DNA of 64,000 nt, from contig CASDPK010000004.1 in the NCBI GenBank assembly GCA_949282555.1, positions 24,378 to 88,377 on the forward strand, read 5' to 3'. This DNA is from an uncultured Lentisphaeraceae bacterium (lineage in GTDB: Bacteria; Verrucomicrobiota; Kiritimatiellia; RFP12; DVOR01). Each line of letters begins with the position of its first letter. Position 1 is the first letter of the stretch. The notes beneath the pieces are model-generated. The model did not search any database, was not told the DNA's origin, and saw only the letters and a program-made list of their open reading frames with translations. Below are positions 35,531 to 44,934 of the stretch, piece by piece. A program made the translations under genes and the position numbers.

Positions 35531-37273
35531 TTACAACGGCTTTTTAGGTGTCTTCCGCTTCGGATCTCGGTGTATCAGCCGCACCATGGCCACCTCGATG
35601 GTGCGCTGTCCCTTGCCTTCAAGAAGGAGGTCAAGACCCTTCGGCGACTTCGCCAAACCCTCGAGCAGAAGCGTGGAGGTGACAAGGCGGTCGGTATGGC
35701 CGGACGAAAGGATTTGGGTCTTGAAACCTTGATCGGTGTGATAGCGCACAAGGATGTCGGCATTGTCATAGTGGGACACCTTCAACACATAGTTCCGCCC
35801 CCACCCTTCGTAAAATGCGGGGTGGACCGTGAACCGTATCCGCCGCCCCGCCCTTGCCATGTGGTCAACGTCGTCCACGGCCTGCATCTGCAAGCCATGC
35901 TTCACGGGACGCACCGGCCGCGTTTCCGCTCCCGGCGCGTCCCTTTGCCACAGCCACCGCTCAAAGTTTTTGTAGGGCACGATCTCTTTCCACCGATAGA
36001 AATTACGTATGCGACTCTCGCGCAGACAGCACCAGGCGTCTGGCGTGTCGGCCACGGTTTTTCCCAGGGTCAGCCCCAAATAGGCCGTCAGTTCAGGATT
36101 TAAGGTGAGATTCCCCGGAAGCCAAAGCACATTCCTGCGCATGACAAGGGCCATCAAGGTTGAGGAAAGGTAGCGGTGAGGGAAGGTTTCCAGCGCCCCA
36201 AATCGGAGATGCGGGTCCATCCGTGTGTATTCCTCGTTTTCATCCCCCCACGCCCTTCCATCCGTGAAGGGCGGGAAGGCTTCATCCACCGCTATATAGC
36301 CCTGCTCGTTGAGGGCGAGACCCAGATTCTTATTGCCGACATGGCGGAGGTACATTTCAACAAACCCGTTTCGCTGGCCCATGCCCAACGCGAGGGCCTT
36401 CCGGCAATTTGCGCCCGAGAAGCCCGTGTAGACCAACTTCCCCACATCGCGCCCCATGACCTCCGCCCACTTTTCCAACTTCTTGACATAGCGATCATGG
36501 TTGGGCTGACCTTCCTGCGGGCCTTCGCCCTCCTCGCCTCGGGTGACGCTGGGTTCGTGAATGTAAATGCACCGAATGGCCGGATGCGACAGCACGCCAT
36601 CTTCCCGCAATCGGTCAAGAAGGGCAAAAAACTTCGCATAAAACGCCGCATGATACACATCATAGTTGGTCTCGGCAAAAGGCAGCGGCGCCGTTGTGAC
36701 AGGCGTCTCCCTGATGGTGGGCGCCTGATGGTTCGCTTTCAGCCAAGCGGGGGCCGCGCCCGCTTCCGTCTTGACCACCGTCGTGAGATCAACGGTTTTC
36801 CCATCCACCCGCTTGAAGAACTCCACCTTGTCCGTGCAATAGCGAAGATGAAGCTCCACACACCATCCGTTGCGGAGTTTCTCGTCCAGAGTTTTCCGCA
36901 ATGCTTGGAAGGCGTACGCTCCCTCCTCCGGCTCCAACATGGCCCACGTCACGCCGACCCCGATCATCTTGTTGTAAGGCAAAGGTTCACCGGATGGCGT
37001 CCGAAGATTGCACTTCAGTCCGCTCGTCGGCGAGGGCTTCACCCACTCCGGCAACGACCAATCCCATCCCCCGACCGTGTGCGCCTCAGCCCGCCACGGC
37101 GCCCGGCGCACGACATCGCGATAATCCACGCTTTCCGTATACCCGGGCTTTTCCTCCGAGACGGCACCCCACGCATGGGGCACCACGGCGGCAAACAAGA
37201 GGAACGCCGCACACCGCATGGCCGCGCCTCTCGTGAATAACGTCAAACACCGCTTGCACACGTTCATTTTCAA
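35531..37273 (-). CDS. hypothetical exported protein, possible glycoside-hydrolase-like TIM barrel
   Basis: 580 aa, with signal-like MRCAAFLLFAAVVPHAWG (alternative start at 37219). GVTWAMLEPEEGAYAF recalls GH42/GH35-type barrels, but I could not locate catalytic residues. Confidence 0.6.
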   Translation of the reverse strand: MKMNVCKRCLTLFTRGAAMRCAAFLLFAAVVPHAWGAVSEEKPGYTESVDYRDVVRRAPWRAEAHTVGGWDWSLPEWVKPSPTSGLKCNLRTPSGEPLPYNKMIGVGVTWAMLEPEEGAYAFQALRKTLDEKLRNGWCVELHLRYCTDKVEFFKRVDGKTVDLTTVVKTEAGAAPAWLKANHQAPTIRETPVTTAPLPFAETNYDVYHAAFYAKFFALLDRLREDGVLSHPAIRCIYIHEPSVTRGEEGEGPQEGQPNHDRYVKKLEKWAEVMGRDVGKLVYTGFSGANCRKALALGMGQRNGFVEMYLRHVGNKNLGLALNEQGYIAVDEAFPPFTDGRAWGDENEEYTRMDPHLRFGALETFPHRYLSSTLMALVMRRNVLWLPGNLTLNPELTAYLGLTLGKTVADTPDAWCCLRESRIRNFYRWKEIVPYKNFERWLWQRDAPGAETRPVRPVKHGLQMQAVDDVDHMARAGRRIRFTVHPAFYEGWGRNYVLKVSHYDNADILVRYHTDQGFKTQILSSGHTDRLVTSTLLLEGLAKSPKGLDLLLEGKGQRTIEVAMVRLIHRDPKRKTPKKPL

Positions 37274-37323
37274 GCTTCAACCAATCTCTGCGGAGAGGAA
37301 CGCCATCCCCTCCTCAACGATTA

Positions 37324-39987
37324 TTATAAATCCCCCGCGCCTCTTTTCAAGCGCATTCCGGACAAGGGTGTAACCGCACGCCGTGACCACGGATTCGCGC
37401 CACGGAGTCCCCCAAAAGGCGATGCACCGTATCGGCCGAGGAGATGTAGTGCATCTCTCCCAAGGATACGGAGCCTCCCGACACGTGAGGTGGCACGCTT
37501 CACCATCTCACCCGCCGCCGTCTCGATATCCGTGTCCGAGTAAGCCAGTTTCACCTGTTCCACGTCCTTCAGTTGCTTGCTCGTCACCCCAACCTCACGG
37601 CGCACCGCGTCCTTCCGCGCCTGCCTCACGCGCTCCGCCCGCACGGCCTCACGCATCCGCTCGCGCAAATCCGCCTTGTCCGCGTTCAGCGCGTCAATCA
37701 CGTCAGAAAGATAATTCACGCGTGCCTGTAGGCCCTCCGCCTGCGTCTCAAGTTCGCGGTACTCGCGCCCAATGTCCCTCAGGTCGCCCTCCAGCCGCGA
37801 GATGTCCTCGCGCAACCCCTTGCGCTCCTTTGCACGCTTCTCGGAAAGACTGCGCAAAACCTCGCCGTGCTCCTCACGCGCACGACGCCACGCAAAGTTT
37901 CGCCCCGCCATATACGCACGCCGCCCCAGCATCGTCGCGCGGTTGCGCACGATGTCCTGCAGGTAGCCCGCCATCCGCTCGCGCACCACAGGGGAAATCA
38001 CGCCGTTCGTTTCACCCAGCACGTCAAAGCGCCCGGACACCTCAAATGCCGTCCCCAGCACGTCCTGCCACTGCTCCGCCGACAGCCCCTGCCTGATTCC
38101 GTCCAGCCGTTCCCGCGCCTTGTCCAGCCGCTCCCGGCTCCCCTTGGAAGCGTTTGCCTCAGCATTCACTGCGCGTTCGCGGTCAAAGACAAACACGGGG
38201 TTCGTCTCAATCAGCGCATCCAGCACCTCCGCAACCACGCGCTTCCCCGCCTCCGTCTCCGAGAAACGCTCCGTCGGGTTCGGAATGTGGTAGAGCGAGG
38301 CCTCGTTCGTATGCTTGGCCCAAGCAAGATAGGCGGCGTTTGATGCCTCCAACGTCCCGGTTCCCTCCTTATATGCCTTCCATGCTTTGTCTTTCTCTCT
38401 GCGTAACCTGTTGTCTTCTTTACTAAACTTCGCCCATTCAAGAAGTCTTTCGGCGGAATCGTCCTTCAAAAAAACAAGGTTGTCATCTTCAGGCAATCCG
38501 TATCGCTCGTTAAATGCCTCACGGTCATCCAAGAGCGCGTAAAACTCTTTCGCGTTCTTTGCGTTTCGGACATGGTGCCATTCGCCATCAATGGAGGTGA
38601 GGTAGCGGGAACGAAGAAGCGAAACAGGAATGCGCTTTGATTCAATAAGCGATGCCAATTCTTCGTTCCCGGAACGTCTTGCGGCGCCCTCGAAATCCTC
38701 GCGTGTCCATTCTTCCTTTGGTTTCCGCCCTTCGTTATACGCATTCACCGCATTTCGGCTCATGCCACGCTCGGCGTCCCACCCTCTCCCGCGCTTCCCG
38801 ATCCATTCGTACCCCGGCAAATGATACTTTGGCGCTTGCTCCTCCGAGCGCAGTTGTGCTATCTTCCTCTTGAGCGCGGCAACCACCTCTTCTGAGCTGA
38901 CGTGAGGTTGAGGCGTGGCGGCAGGCGGCCGTCGATGAGCACCGCCCTGTTCTCCCGCCTCAATCTCATATCCCGTGACGATGGGGTTCCCGTTCTCGGA
39001 AAACGCGACAATTGCCCGTACCCCATCCTTGTCAAAGTGTTTCGTATTGAGGCGCTCCATGGTCACTCTGCCACGCTCAGCGCTTTCACCTACTCGAACA
39101 GCGATTTCAACAGCGTCATCAAGTGTTGCTCCGTCCTTCTTCATCCGCTGCTCGACGATGTGGAGCATCCCGTGCCCACCTTTTCCCATCTTCCCGATAG
39201 GATATTCAATCTCGCCATATTCCGCGTTGTGCAACGTGACCGACGGCTCTCCGTTTGCCAACCCCTCCATTACGTCTACCACATCCTTCTGAACAGGAAT
39301 GTGGTACTTCGCGCCCTGCGCTGAACTGTTCGGAGATTCCGAACGGTTCCCCGTGGGCGCCGTGCCCGCGCCTTGGTCCTGTTGGGCGCCGCTTGCGGCG
39401 GCCCCCGCTTCCTTCCGCAAGAAGGCCTCCAGCACCGATGCCACATTCTGCGGAGAACCTGCGGAATCCGCCACAGCTTGCGCCTCCCTGCGCCATGCCA
39501 TCGCATTTACGGCGTAAATCCAGTTCCTAACTGCACCGGCCAGCGTGCGCAGGATTTTGCGCACCTTCCCGCCCTGCGGTTCATTGAGCCGCGCGTCCTC
39601 CTGCGTGGTGAACGCGTCGCGCAATTCCGCGCCGAAAGCGTCCGCGAACGCCTCCTCGTCGAACGCGCCGTCCTTGCCCCTGAAGCGCTCGGCCAGTGCC
39701 GCGTCCATCTCCTCCGTCAGCGTCCCCGTCCTGCGCAAAACGTCCAAGAGATTGTGCGCCAGTTCGTGCCCCAGCAGGAAGGTGGAGCCGCTCTGCGACT
39801 GTTGCTGAATCTCGATGACGGCGTTCACGGGTTGCGTCGCGTCCACCTCCGTTCCGTCCGCCGCGCGGATGAACACGCCATCGGGAACGACGCCCTGCGC
39901 CGCGTGCGCCTCTGCGTCCGGGTCCCGCACCTGCTGGACGAAGCGGATTTCCGTCGCGGGCGCGTTCGCCCCGCCAAAACGCACCAC
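37324..39987 (-). CDS. large multidomain protein resembling a phage/ICE polyvalent protein fragment (HExxH zincin motif, nuclease-like middle, coiled-coil tail)
   Basis: 887-aa ORF whose track start is GTG. The frame is open right up to the stop of the upstream gene. It has LLGHELAHNLL (HExxH), three K/LYH(I/L)P linker motifs, GKGGHGMLHIVEQRMKKDG, and a roughly 200-aa heptad-rich C-terminal part. The last roughly 60 codons are encoded by a REP-like repeat. Confidence 0.6.
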   Translation of the reverse strand: MVRFGGANAPATEIRFVQQVRDPDAEAHAAQGVVPDGVFIRAADGTEVDATQPVNAVIEIQQQSQSGSTFLLGHELAHNLLDVLRRTGTLTEEMDAALAERFRGKDGAFDEEAFADAFGAELRDAFTTQEDARLNEPQGGKVRKILRTLAGAVRNWIYAVNAMAWRREAQAVADSAGSPQNVASVLEAFLRKEAGAAASGAQQDQGAGTAPTGNRSESPNSSAQGAKYHIPVQKDVVDVMEGLANGEPSVTLHNAEYGEIEYPIGKMGKGGHGMLHIVEQRMKKDGATLDDAVEIAVRVGESAERGRVTMERLNTKHFDKDGVRAIVAFSENGNPIVTGYEIEAGEQGGAHRRPPAATPQPHVSSEEVVAALKRKIAQLRSEEQAPKYHLPGYEWIGKRGRGWDAERGMSRNAVNAYNEGRKPKEEWTREDFEGAARRSGNEELASLIESKRIPVSLLRSRYLTSIDGEWHHVRNAKNAKEFYALLDDREAFNERYGLPEDDNLVFLKDDSAERLLEWAKFSKEDNRLRREKDKAWKAYKEGTGTLEASNAAYLAWAKHTNEASLYHIPNPTERFSETEAGKRVVAEVLDALIETNPVFVFDRERAVNAEANASKGSRERLDKARERLDGIRQGLSAEQWQDVLGTAFEVSGRFDVLGETNGVISPVVRERMAGYLQDIVRNRATMLGRRAYMAGRNFAWRRAREEHGEVLRSLSEKRAKERKGLREDISRLEGDLRDIGREYRELETQAEGLQARVNYLSDVIDALNADKADLRERMREAVRAERVRQARKDAVRREVGVTSKQLKDVEQVKLAYSDTDIETAAGEMVKRATSRVGRLRILGRDALHLLGRYGASPFGGLRGANPWSRRAVTPLSGMRLKRGAGDL
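37400..37495. repeat. REP-like composite repeat, copy 4 (inside the 3' end of the 887-aa ORF)
   Basis: ...GGCGATGCACCGTATCGGCCGAGGAGATGTAGTGCATCTCTCCCAAGGATACGGAGCCTCCC. This is the reverse orientation of copy 6. Confidence 0.7.
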
Positions 39988-40000
39988 GGTGGAGCCGTCC

Positions 40001-40031
40001 TCAAAACGAAAAGGCCCCGCGGGGCGGGGCC
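40001..40031 (-). terminator. rho-independent terminator of the DUF3467-like gene
   Basis: On the minus strand it reads GGCCCCGC-CCC-GCGGGGCC followed by TTTTCGTTTTGA. It ends about 14 nt before the first candidate start of the 887-aa ORF. Confidence 0.75.
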
Positions 40032-40056
40032 TTGGCCAAATGCGATGCGGCAGGGA

Positions 40057-40314
40057 TCACGCTTCCGGCGGCTTGTTGTCGGGATTGCGGCGGATGTAGC
40101 CGAGCTCCTCAAGCTTGCGGACAATCTGGGTCATGGCTTCGTAGGTACGGAGGAAGCCTTGGGGGTTGAGGATGATGCGCTCAAACGGTTTGGGCACGGG
40201 CTTGCCATTGTTCTCAGGGCTGGGCTGAAGGCGCATAAGGTCCAGGCGGATGGTCTGCTCCAGCATGTGGATCTGGTAGACGCCGTCGGCATAGATTTCG
40301 GTTTCGATGGCCAT
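40057..40314 (-). CDS. small DUF3467-like protein
   Basis: ATG at 40314 gives MAIETEIYADGVYQIHMLEQTIRLDL...ERIILNPQGFLRTYEAMTQIVRKLEE, which is similar to the DUF3467 pattern (..RIILTPQHAKRLL..) as I recall it. Confidence 0.6.
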   Translation of the reverse strand: MAIETEIYADGVYQIHMLEQTIRLDLMRLQPSPENNGKPVPKPFERIILNPQGFLRTYEAMTQIVRKLEELGYIRRNPDNKPPEA

Positions 40315-40354
40315 GAAGGCTCTCCTTGGGTTGGTACGGTCGATTCCCGGCCAC

Positions 40355-41395
40355 TCAGCCATGGGATCGCTCAAAGTCTCTCATAAATGCCACCAGCGCG
40401 TCCACCCCTTTTTCCGGGAAGGCGTTGTAGAGCGAGGCACGGAGCCCGCCCAGAGCGCGGTGTCCGCGCAGGGCCACGAGCCCTTGCGCCTCGGCTTGGA
40501 CGAGGAACTCGGCCTCGAGCGTGGCGGAAGGCAGGCGGAAGACCACGTTGGTGAGCGAACGTTCGCCCTTGGGCGCAAGCGGACGCCAAAAGGCGGAACG
40601 GTCAAGCTCGGCGTAGAGTTTGGCGGCCTTGCGGGCGTTGCGGGCCCAAACGGTCTCAAGGCCCTGTGCCAGGAGCCATTCGGTCATGTGGAAGAGGGCA
40701 TCCACGGCGAACGCATTGGGCGTGTGGTAGAGGCCGTCGGCTCGGACGTGTTCGAGGTAGCAGAAGGCGGCGGGAAGGTTGCGCCGGGCGCGCGACAGGA
40801 ACTCATGTTCGGCGGCGACCACCGCCAGCCCAGCCACGCCAAGATTCTTCTGCGCCCCGGCGTAGAGGAAATCGTAACGGGTGTAGTCGCGCGGGGCGGC
40901 CAAGATATCGCTGCTCATGTCGGCGCACAGGGGGCCGACGGGGCGCGGGAAATTCTCGGGGAGGCGGGTGCCGTCGATGGTCTCATTCGTCGTGACGTGG
41001 GCATAGACGGCGGCGGGGTCCCACCCCGCCTCGGGATCGGCCAGCGTGCGCACGCGGCCCACGCGCGCCGCCTGACGGGCCGCCTTGGCCCCCCAATGCC
41101 CGCGCACGAGATAATCCGCGCAATCGCCCTCACGCAGAAAGTTGTAGGGCAACATGGCAAATTGGCCGGAGGCCCCGCCCTGAAGGAGCAGCACGGTGTA
41201 GGCCGGGCCCAGCCCCAACAGGCGGCGGAGATTGGCTTCCGTCCGTTCGCGGAGCTCCTGATAGGCGGACGTTCGGTGGGAGATCTCCAGGACGGAGCGT
41301 CCAAGGCCCCGCCAATCCAGCAGGTCGGCCCGGAGGGCCTCGGTGACTTCGGGCGGGAGCATGGCCGGCCCGGCGCAGAAGTTGTAGATGGACAT
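40355..41395 (-). CDS. serC: phosphoserine aminotransferase
   Basis: 346 aa, starting MSIYNFCAGPAMLPPEV. It has ...EISHRTSAYQEL.. and the PLP-lysine region GAQKNLG. Confidence 0.92.
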   Translation of the reverse strand: MSIYNFCAGPAMLPPEVTEALRADLLDWRGLGRSVLEISHRTSAYQELRERTEANLRRLLGLGPAYTVLLLQGGASGQFAMLPYNFLREGDCADYLVRGHWGAKAARQAARVGRVRTLADPEAGWDPAAVYAHVTTNETIDGTRLPENFPRPVGPLCADMSSDILAAPRDYTRYDFLYAGAQKNLGVAGLAVVAAEHEFLSRARRNLPAAFCYLEHVRADGLYHTPNAFAVDALFHMTEWLLAQGLETVWARNARKAAKLYAELDRSAFWRPLAPKGERSLTNVVFRLPSATLEAEFLVQAEAQGLVALRGHRALGGLRASLYNAFPEKGVDALVAFMRDFERSHG

Positions 41396-41434
41396 CGCTT
41401 GGAACCTTATGGACCCACGCTCAACCGCACGGCC

Positions 41435-42343
41435 TCACGGGGCCACGCGGGCGCACCCCGCCTCCGTCTCCCAAGGGGGGAGTGAGGGCAGTGCGGCGGA
41501 AAAGGCTTCGATGAGGGCGGCTTCACACGCGGGCGTGTAGCGCCCCTCCGCGAAGGCGGGATAGACCTCCCCGTTGAAGCGCGCCCAAGAGGCCCCCTCT
41601 TGTCCGGGAAGGATGGGGTAAAAGCGGCAACCGAAGTCGCGGGCGGCCTTGAGGTCGCCGAAGGCGTCGCCCACCATGAGCACACGGTCGCGCGGGAAGC
41701 GGCCATCGGTGAGCGCCGTCAACTGGGCCACCTTGTCGCCCAGCTCCTGCCCGGCCACGTGATCGACGAAGGTCAGCAGGCCGTGCGCATCCCAATCCTG
41801 CCGAAGCACGCGCTCGGGGGACTGGGAGACAATCCCCGTCTCGCTCCGGCCGCGCATCCGCCGCAGGGCCTCGCGCGCGCCCTCGTAGGCAGGGAAAACG
41901 ACGCCGGAGGCGAGAATGGCGGCATTGACCGCGGAACTCCAGCGAAGCAAGGTTTCCAAGAGGGCAGACGGATGCTCCCGCAACCATCCCTCCAGCGCCT
42001 CGGAGCTCTGCGGCAAGCCGCTGTTCACGAACGCCTCGAGGTCGGCCAACGGCACAGGCGGGAAGCCCGCGGCTCGGACGGCCGGGTGGCGGTTGAAGAA
42101 GGTCAGGCTCAAAAAAATCGCCCGGAACCGCGTGATGCCGCGATACTCGGAGTACAGGTTCACGAAGTCCGCGCAGGCGATGTAGGCCTCGCGCATGGGG
42201 CCGAGCCCGAGCGCGTCCACGAGCATCGGCTGGAGGAATCCATGCTGCTTGGCGGCCATGGTGTCCACCACGCACCCATCGCTGTCCAACCCCACAAAGG
42301 AGGTGAGCGCGGGCTCCCGGCGGGCTTCCGAGGCGCCGTTCAC
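41435..42343 (-). CDS. HAD-superfamily hydrolase
   Basis: Same frame as ORF 41435..42373. GTG at 42343 forms a GTGA overlap with the mazG stop. It has VGLDSDGCVVDT (motif I) and MVGDAFGDLKAA (motif IV). Confidence 0.7.
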   Translation of the reverse strand: MNGASEARREPALTSFVGLDSDGCVVDTMAAKQHGFLQPMLVDALGLGPMREAYIACADFVNLYSEYRGITRFRAIFLSLTFFNRHPAVRAAGFPPVPLADLEAFVNSGLPQSSEALEGWLREHPSALLETLLRWSSAVNAAILASGVVFPAYEGAREALRRMRGRSETGIVSQSPERVLRQDWDAHGLLTFVDHVAGQELGDKVAQLTALTDGRFPRDRVLMVGDAFGDLKAARDFGCRFYPILPGQEGASWARFNGEVYPAFAEGRYTPACEAALIEAFSAALPSLPPWETEAGCARVAP

Positions 42344-43140
42344 GCCTTGGCCTCCGCTTTGACGGCATCCCACACGGCGTCGAGCTCTTCAAGGGAAAGC
42401 GCCTTCATGTCTCGGCCCTCGGCCTTGACGCGTGCCTCGACGGCGCGGAAACGGCGGGAAAACTTCTCGGTGGCGGCGCGCAAGGCGCTTTCGGCGTCCA
42501 CGTGAAGGTGGCGGGCAAGATTGACCAGGGAGAAGAGAACGTCGCCATACTCTTCCTCAATCGCCTGGGCATCGCCGGAACGGATGGCGGCCCGAAGTTC
42601 GGCGATCTCTTCGTCCAACTTCGCGTCGGGGCCGGCGGCATCCTTCCAATCAAACCCCACCTTGGCGGCCTTATGCTGCGTCCGCTGGGCCTTGAGCAGG
42701 GCGGGAAGGGCGGCGGGCACGCCATCGAGGGCGGAGGCTTTGGGGGCCTTGTGCTCGGTCTGCTTGATGCGCTCCCAGTTGCGGAGGACGGCTTCGGTGT
42801 CCTTGGCGTCCACCGCGCCGAAGACGTGCGGATGGCGGCGGATGAGCTTGTCGGCAAGGGCATTGACCACGTCGTCAAAAGAGAACTCGCCGCGGTCTTC
42901 GCGGATGTCGGCTTGGAAGAGCACCTGCAAGAGCACGTCGCCCAATTCCTCGCGATGGTTTTCGAGGTCATCGCCCACCATCGCGGAGAGCAATTCGTAG
43001 CATTCCTCTTGGAGGCAAGGCTGGATGCTCGCAAGCGTCTGTTCCCGATCCCACGGGCAACCATCCGGCGCACGCAGGGCCTTGAGCACCCAACGCAAGC
43101 GGTCCATGGGGGAAGGGAAATCGGTCGGAACAGTCTTCAT
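42340..43140 (-). CDS. mazG: nucleoside triphosphate pyrophosphohydrolase MazG
   Basis: 266 aa with tandem MazG domains: CPWDREQT, EECYEL, ELGDVLLQV and EEEYGDVLFSLVNLAR. Confidence 0.9.
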   Translation of the reverse strand: MKTVPTDFPSPMDRLRWVLKALRAPDGCPWDREQTLASIQPCLQEECYELLSAMVGDDLENHREELGDVLLQVLFQADIREDRGEFSFDDVVNALADKLIRRHPHVFGAVDAKDTEAVLRNWERIKQTEHKAPKASALDGVPAALPALLKAQRTQHKAAKVGFDWKDAAGPDAKLDEEIAELRAAIRSGDAQAIEEEYGDVLFSLVNLARHLHVDAESALRAATEKFSRRFRAVEARVKAEGRDMKALSLEELDAVWDAVKAEAKA

Positions 43141-43237
43141 CGGCGCCTCCTTGGCTTTGGGGCTCGTATTCTACCACACGTGTGGCGGCGTTGTGGTAAA
43201 CTAACGCCCCGGCATTCACCCAATGGGAGAGCGAGAC

Positions 43238-44758
43238 ATGAGAACCATCGGTTTCGACAACGAGGCATATTTGAAGAAACAGGCCGAGGGCCTCATGCGG
43301 CGCGCGGCAGCCTTCGGCAACAAGCTCTATCTGGAGTTCGGCGGCAAGCTGATGTACGACTATCACGCCGCCCGCGTGCTCCCCGGTTACGACCCCAACG
43401 CCAAGCTCCGGCTCCTGCGTTCGTTGGGCGATCAGGCGGAGATCATCCTTTGCGTCTACGCCGAAGACATCGAGCGCAAAAAGATGCGCGCCGACTTCGG
43501 CATCTCCTACGATGACGACGCGCTCAAGCTCATCGACAGCCTCCGCGCCTGGGGCATCCACGTCTGCGCCGTGGTGATCACCCGCTTCGATGGCCAACCC
43601 GCCGCCCTCCAATTCCGCAACAAGCTCGAAAGCCGCGGCATTCAGGTGAAGCTCCACCGCGCCGTCCCGGGCTATCCCTCCAATCTCGACCTCGTGGTCT
43701 CCCCCGATGGTTACGGCGCCAATGCTTACGTCCCCACCACGCGCCCCATCGTCGTGGTCACCGGCCCCGGCCCCGGCTCCGGCAAGCTTGCCACCTGCCT
43801 CACCATGCTTTACCACGACCGCATGGCCGGCCGCCCCGCAGGTTACGCCAAGTTTGAGACCTTCCCCGTGTGGGATCTGCCGCTCAAACACCCCGTCAAC
43901 CTCGCCTACGAAGCCGCCACCGCCGACCTCGGCGACATCAACATGCTGGACCCCTTCCACATGGAGGCTCACGGCAAGGCCACCGTCAACTACAACCGCG
44001 ACATTGAGGCCTTCCCGCTCCTGCGCGAAATCTGGGAACGCCTCGACCGCTCCGGCGAGTGCCCCTACAAGAGCCCCACCGACATGGGCGTGAACTGCAT
44101 CTCCGCCGGCATCGTCAATGACGACGTCTGCCAAGAGGCCGCCCGGCAGGAAGTCATCCGCCGTTACTTCCGCCACCTCTCCGACGCCGTGGCCAAGGGT
44201 TCCAGCGACAAGCGCCCCGTGGAGATCCTCGAGCGCCTCATGCGCCAACTCGGCCTCCGTCCCGAAGATCGCCCCGTCGTGCTCCCTGCCCGCCAGGCCG
44301 CGCATGAAGCCTCCCTCTCCCACACCTTGGAAGGCGTCGCCTGTGGCGCGGCCCTTGAGCTCCCCGATGGCCGCATGGTCAAAGGCAAGAACTCACCCTC
44401 CCTCCATGCCGCCGCCGCCACCGTCCTCAACGCCGCCAAGACCCTCGCCGGCCTCCCCGACGATCGCCACCTTCTCGCCCCTGAGACCGTCCGCAGCGTC
44501 ATGCACATGAAGCAAGGCATCCTCAAGGGCAAGTACGGCTCCCTCAACCTCGATGAGACCCTCGTGGCCCTCGCCATCTGCGCCGCGGCCGACCCCGCCG
44601 CCAAGGCCGCACTGGAGCGCCTTGCCGACCTCCGCGACTGTGAGATGCACCTCTCACACATGCTCACCCCCGGCGATGAGGCCGGCCTCCGCCGTCTCGG
44701 CATCCGTGCCACCAACGACCCCCTCTTCGCCACCGCCGAACTCTTCGTCGACGCTTAG
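43238..44758 (+). CDS. DUF1846 (UPF0371) family protein
   Basis: MRTIGFDNEAYLKKQ...KLYLEFGGKLMYDYHAARVLPGYDPNAK is characteristic of the family. An alternative ATG lies at 43223. Confidence 0.8.
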   Translation: MRTIGFDNEAYLKKQAEGLMRRAAAFGNKLYLEFGGKLMYDYHAARVLPGYDPNAKLRLLRSLGDQAEIILCVYAEDIERKKMRADFGISYDDDALKLIDSLRAWGIHVCAVVITRFDGQPAALQFRNKLESRGIQVKLHRAVPGYPSNLDLVVSPDGYGANAYVPTTRPIVVVTGPGPGSGKLATCLTMLYHDRMAGRPAGYAKFETFPVWDLPLKHPVNLAYEAATADLGDINMLDPFHMEAHGKATVNYNRDIEAFPLLREIWERLDRSGECPYKSPTDMGVNCISAGIVNDDVCQEAARQEVIRRYFRHLSDAVAKGSSDKRPVEILERLMRQLGLRPEDRPVVLPARQAAHEASLSHTLEGVACGAALELPDGRMVKGKNSPSLHAAAATVLNAAKTLAGLPDDRHLLAPETVRSVMHMKQGILKGKYGSLNLDETLVALAICAAADPAAKAALERLADLRDCEMHLSHMLTPGDEAGLRRLGIRATNDPLFATAELFVDA

Positions 44759-44789
44759 TATCGGCGGAGCCAAACCCCAAAAAGCACAA

Positions 44790-44829
44790 ACGGAACGGAC
44801 GGCGACCTGCCGTCCGTTCCGTGTTTTTT
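44790..44829 (+). terminator. rho-independent terminator
   Basis: ACGGAACGGACGGC-GACCT-GCCGTCCGTTCCGT followed by GTTTTTT. Confidence 0.9.
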
Positions 44830-44934
44830 ACGTCCCAGCTCCCCATGTGAGCGGTCTGCGTTCTGTGGAATGCAGCGGCCGACAGAGGCTATTTTGAAGA
44901 AAACATCGCCAACGGTCAGTGTTACAATAAATGT

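Noticed and set aside
42968-44323. 451-aa minus-strand ORF, and 47014..48075 (353 aa)
   Set aside because: These are antisense to the DUF1846 gene and the GH63-like gene respectively. Both are Gly/Ala/Val-rich shadow ORFs.
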